From Pseudomonadales bacterium (lineage in GTDB: Bacteria > Pseudomonadota > Gammaproteobacteria > Pseudomonadales > UBA7239): DNA of 64,000 nt. The notes under the pieces are model-generated. The model saw nothing but the letters and a program-made list of their open reading frames with translations, was not told the DNA's origin and did no database searches. A program made the translations under genes and the position numbers. Numbering within the stretch: position 1 is the stretch's first letter; each line of letters begins with the position of its first letter. Below are positions 62,872-64,000 of the stretch, piece by piece. The DNA lies in NCBI GenBank assembly GCA_041395665.1, contig JAWLAB010000004.1, positions 42,227 to 106,226 of the forward strand. Reading direction: 5' to 3'.

Positions 62872-63342
62872 ATGTCAGGCATTAAAACAATCGAAGGTGA
62901 TTTCAATCCAGGCAAAGCGCGCTTTGCACTGTTGGTGTCGCGCTGGAACAGTTTTGTGGTCGAAAGTTTGAAAGACGGCGCAATCGACACACTGCGTCGT
63001 CACGGCGTTGCTGAAAGCCAAATCACTTTGGTGCGTGCACCGGGGGCGTTTGAATTGCCGTTGGTGGCACAGCAGTTGGCGGCTTCTAAAAAGTTTGATG
63101 CCATCATCGCGCTGGGCGCGGTAATTCGTGGCGGTACACCTCACTTTGAATATGTGGCGGGCGAGTGCGTAAAAGGCTTGGCACAAGTGAGCTTGAATGC
63201 TTCCGTGCCGGTGGCTTTCGGCGTGTTGACGGTGGATTCCATCGAGCAAGCCATCGAACGCTCTGGCACCAAAGCGGGCAACAAAGGCGCAGAAGCAGCC
63301 AGCTCCGCGCTGGAAATGGTCAGCCTGTTGTCGCGACTGTGA
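62872..63342 (+). CDS. ribH: 6,7-dimethyl-8-ribityllumazine synthase
   Basis: [11 protein letters not shown]...[16 protein letters not shown]...[10 protein letters not shown]...[15 protein letters not shown]. Confidence 0.95.
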   Translation: MSGIKTIEGDFNPGKARFALLVSRWNSFVVESLKDGAIDTLRRHGVAESQITLVRAPGAFELPLVAQQLAASKKFDAIIALGAVIRGGTPHFEYVAGECVKGLAQVSLNASVPVAFGVLTVDSIEQAIERSGTKAGNKGAEAASSALEMVSLLSRL

Positions 63343-63794
63343 GTGCTGGCGGTGAGAGCGCCGCACTCGATATCGGCGCGCGTCAAAAAGCGCGTCACTA
63401 CGCAGTGCAGGCGTTATATCAGCATATTTTGACGCAAGATTCCGCTGCGAAAATTGAAGCGGAATTTCGTGTGGATTACGACATGGATGGCGTCGATCTC
63501 GCGTATTTCCATGAGTTGTTATCGACCGTGATTGCGAGCACAGAAAAGCTGGATGCACTGTTTGATCCGTATTTGGATCGTGGTTTGAATGAAATTGATC
63601 CGGTATCGCTAGCGCAGTTGCGTTTATCCACTTACGAATTGCAGTCGCGCATTGATGTGCCTTGGCGCGTGGTGATTGAAGAAGCAATTCGTCTCTCGAA
63701 GAAGTTTGGCCCCACCGACAGTTATAAATATCTGAACGGTGTGTTGGATCGACTGTCGCGCGATTTGCGCGCCGCTGAGCGAGCCAAAGGCTAA
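63339..63794 (+). CDS. nusB: Transcription antitermination factor NusB
   Basis: GTG 63339 overlaps the ribH stop (GTGA). [15 protein letters not shown] and C-terminal [11 protein letters not shown] motifs. Confidence 0.93.
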   Translation: MSAGGESAALDIGARQKARHYAVQALYQHILTQDSAAKIEAEFRVDYDMDGVDLAYFHELLSTVIASTEKLDALFDPYLDRGLNEIDPVSLAQLRLSTYELQSRIDVPWRVVIEEAIRLSKKFGPTDSYKYLNGVLDRLSRDLRAAERAKG

Positions 63795-63799
63795 ACGCC

Positions 63800-64000
63800 A
63801 TGCGCCAGAGCGACCTTCCCTCGCTTGGCAAAAAAAAGCCGCTTGGCAAAAATCTGTCGCATGGCGATAAAAAACCGCTTGGCGAATTTGAATTAATCCG
63901 TCGTTATTTCACGCCGCAAACTGTGCCAAATACCGTGTTATTGGGCGTGGGCGATGATTGCGCTGCGCTGGCAATTCCCGCCGGTGAAGTGTTGGTCGTT
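63800..64000 (+). CDS. thiL: Thiamine-monophosphate kinase, N-terminal part (3' end outside the window)
   Basis: ...LGEFELIRRYFTPQ...LGVGDDCAAL is the ThiL N-terminus. It is preceded by an unusual approx 26-aa Lys-rich repeat extension. Lies in ribH-nusB-thiL synteny. Confidence 0.85.
   Translation, partial: MRQSDLPSLGKKKPLGKNLSHGDKKPLGEFELIRRYFTPQTVPNTVLLGVGDDCAALAIPAGEVLVV

Noticed and set aside
62875-63849. 324-aa minus-strand ORF spanning ribH and nusB
   Set aside because: It is antisense to two strongly supported conserved genes. Its translation is Arg/His/Cys-rich and low-complexity, with no recognisable motif. It is a typical shadow ORF.
1-64000. Search for CRISPR arrays, tRNA/rRNA genes, IS elements, integrases, and toxin-antitoxin or phage-defence cassettes
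   Set aside because: I saw no regularly spaced direct repeats, no cloverleaf-like or rRNA-like segments in the short intergenic regions, and no transposase, integrase or defence-type ORFs. The only clear repeats are the ahpC/ahpF promoter cassette and the thiL 5' triplet.

Overview
This 64-kb window is mostly core chromosome from a gammaproteobacterium, with Pseudomonadales/Cellvibrionales-like gene order. I saw no tRNA, rRNA, CRISPR array, transposase or integrase.

Content in order:
- Envelope and replication block: frr(partial)-uppS-cdsA-dxr-rseP-bamA-skp-lpxD-fabZ-lpxA-lpxB-rnhB, then dnaE-accA-tilS.
- Peroxide-stress island: dps, then oxyR-ahpF-ahpC on the opposite strand.
- AI-2E transporter, dimeric dUTPase, hexapeptide acetyltransferase and MltD.
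- A complete 13-gene nuoA-N operon with fused nuoCD.
- The least ordinary stretch, about 43-52 kb (details below).
- DUF349, dinG, a group III truncated haemoglobin, lolCDE, DUF3108-purN-purM, and ribH-nusB-thiL(partial).

The 43-52 kb stretch holds an orphan secreted protein, a TorF-like porin, and a tightly packed minus-strand gene string. That string joins an NdvB-type GH17+GT2 beta-glucan synthase, an NRDE protein and a 421-aa internally duplicated unknown. It ends with a carbamoyltransferase, SxtJ and a 50-aa DUF5989/SxtK-like protein that is absent from the ORF track. This is the best candidate for an uncharacterised system. The proposed function, carbamoylation of an envelope glucan, is inference only.

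Second theme: many frame disruptions in essential or conserved genes (bamA, skp, rnhB x2, dnaE x2, nuoG x2, the TorF-like gene). Several sit exactly on homopolymer runs, which argues for sequencing or assembly indels rather than biology.

A DUF1631-like gene between rnhB and dnaE is shredded far more densely than anything else. It is either a real pseudogene or an error hotspot.
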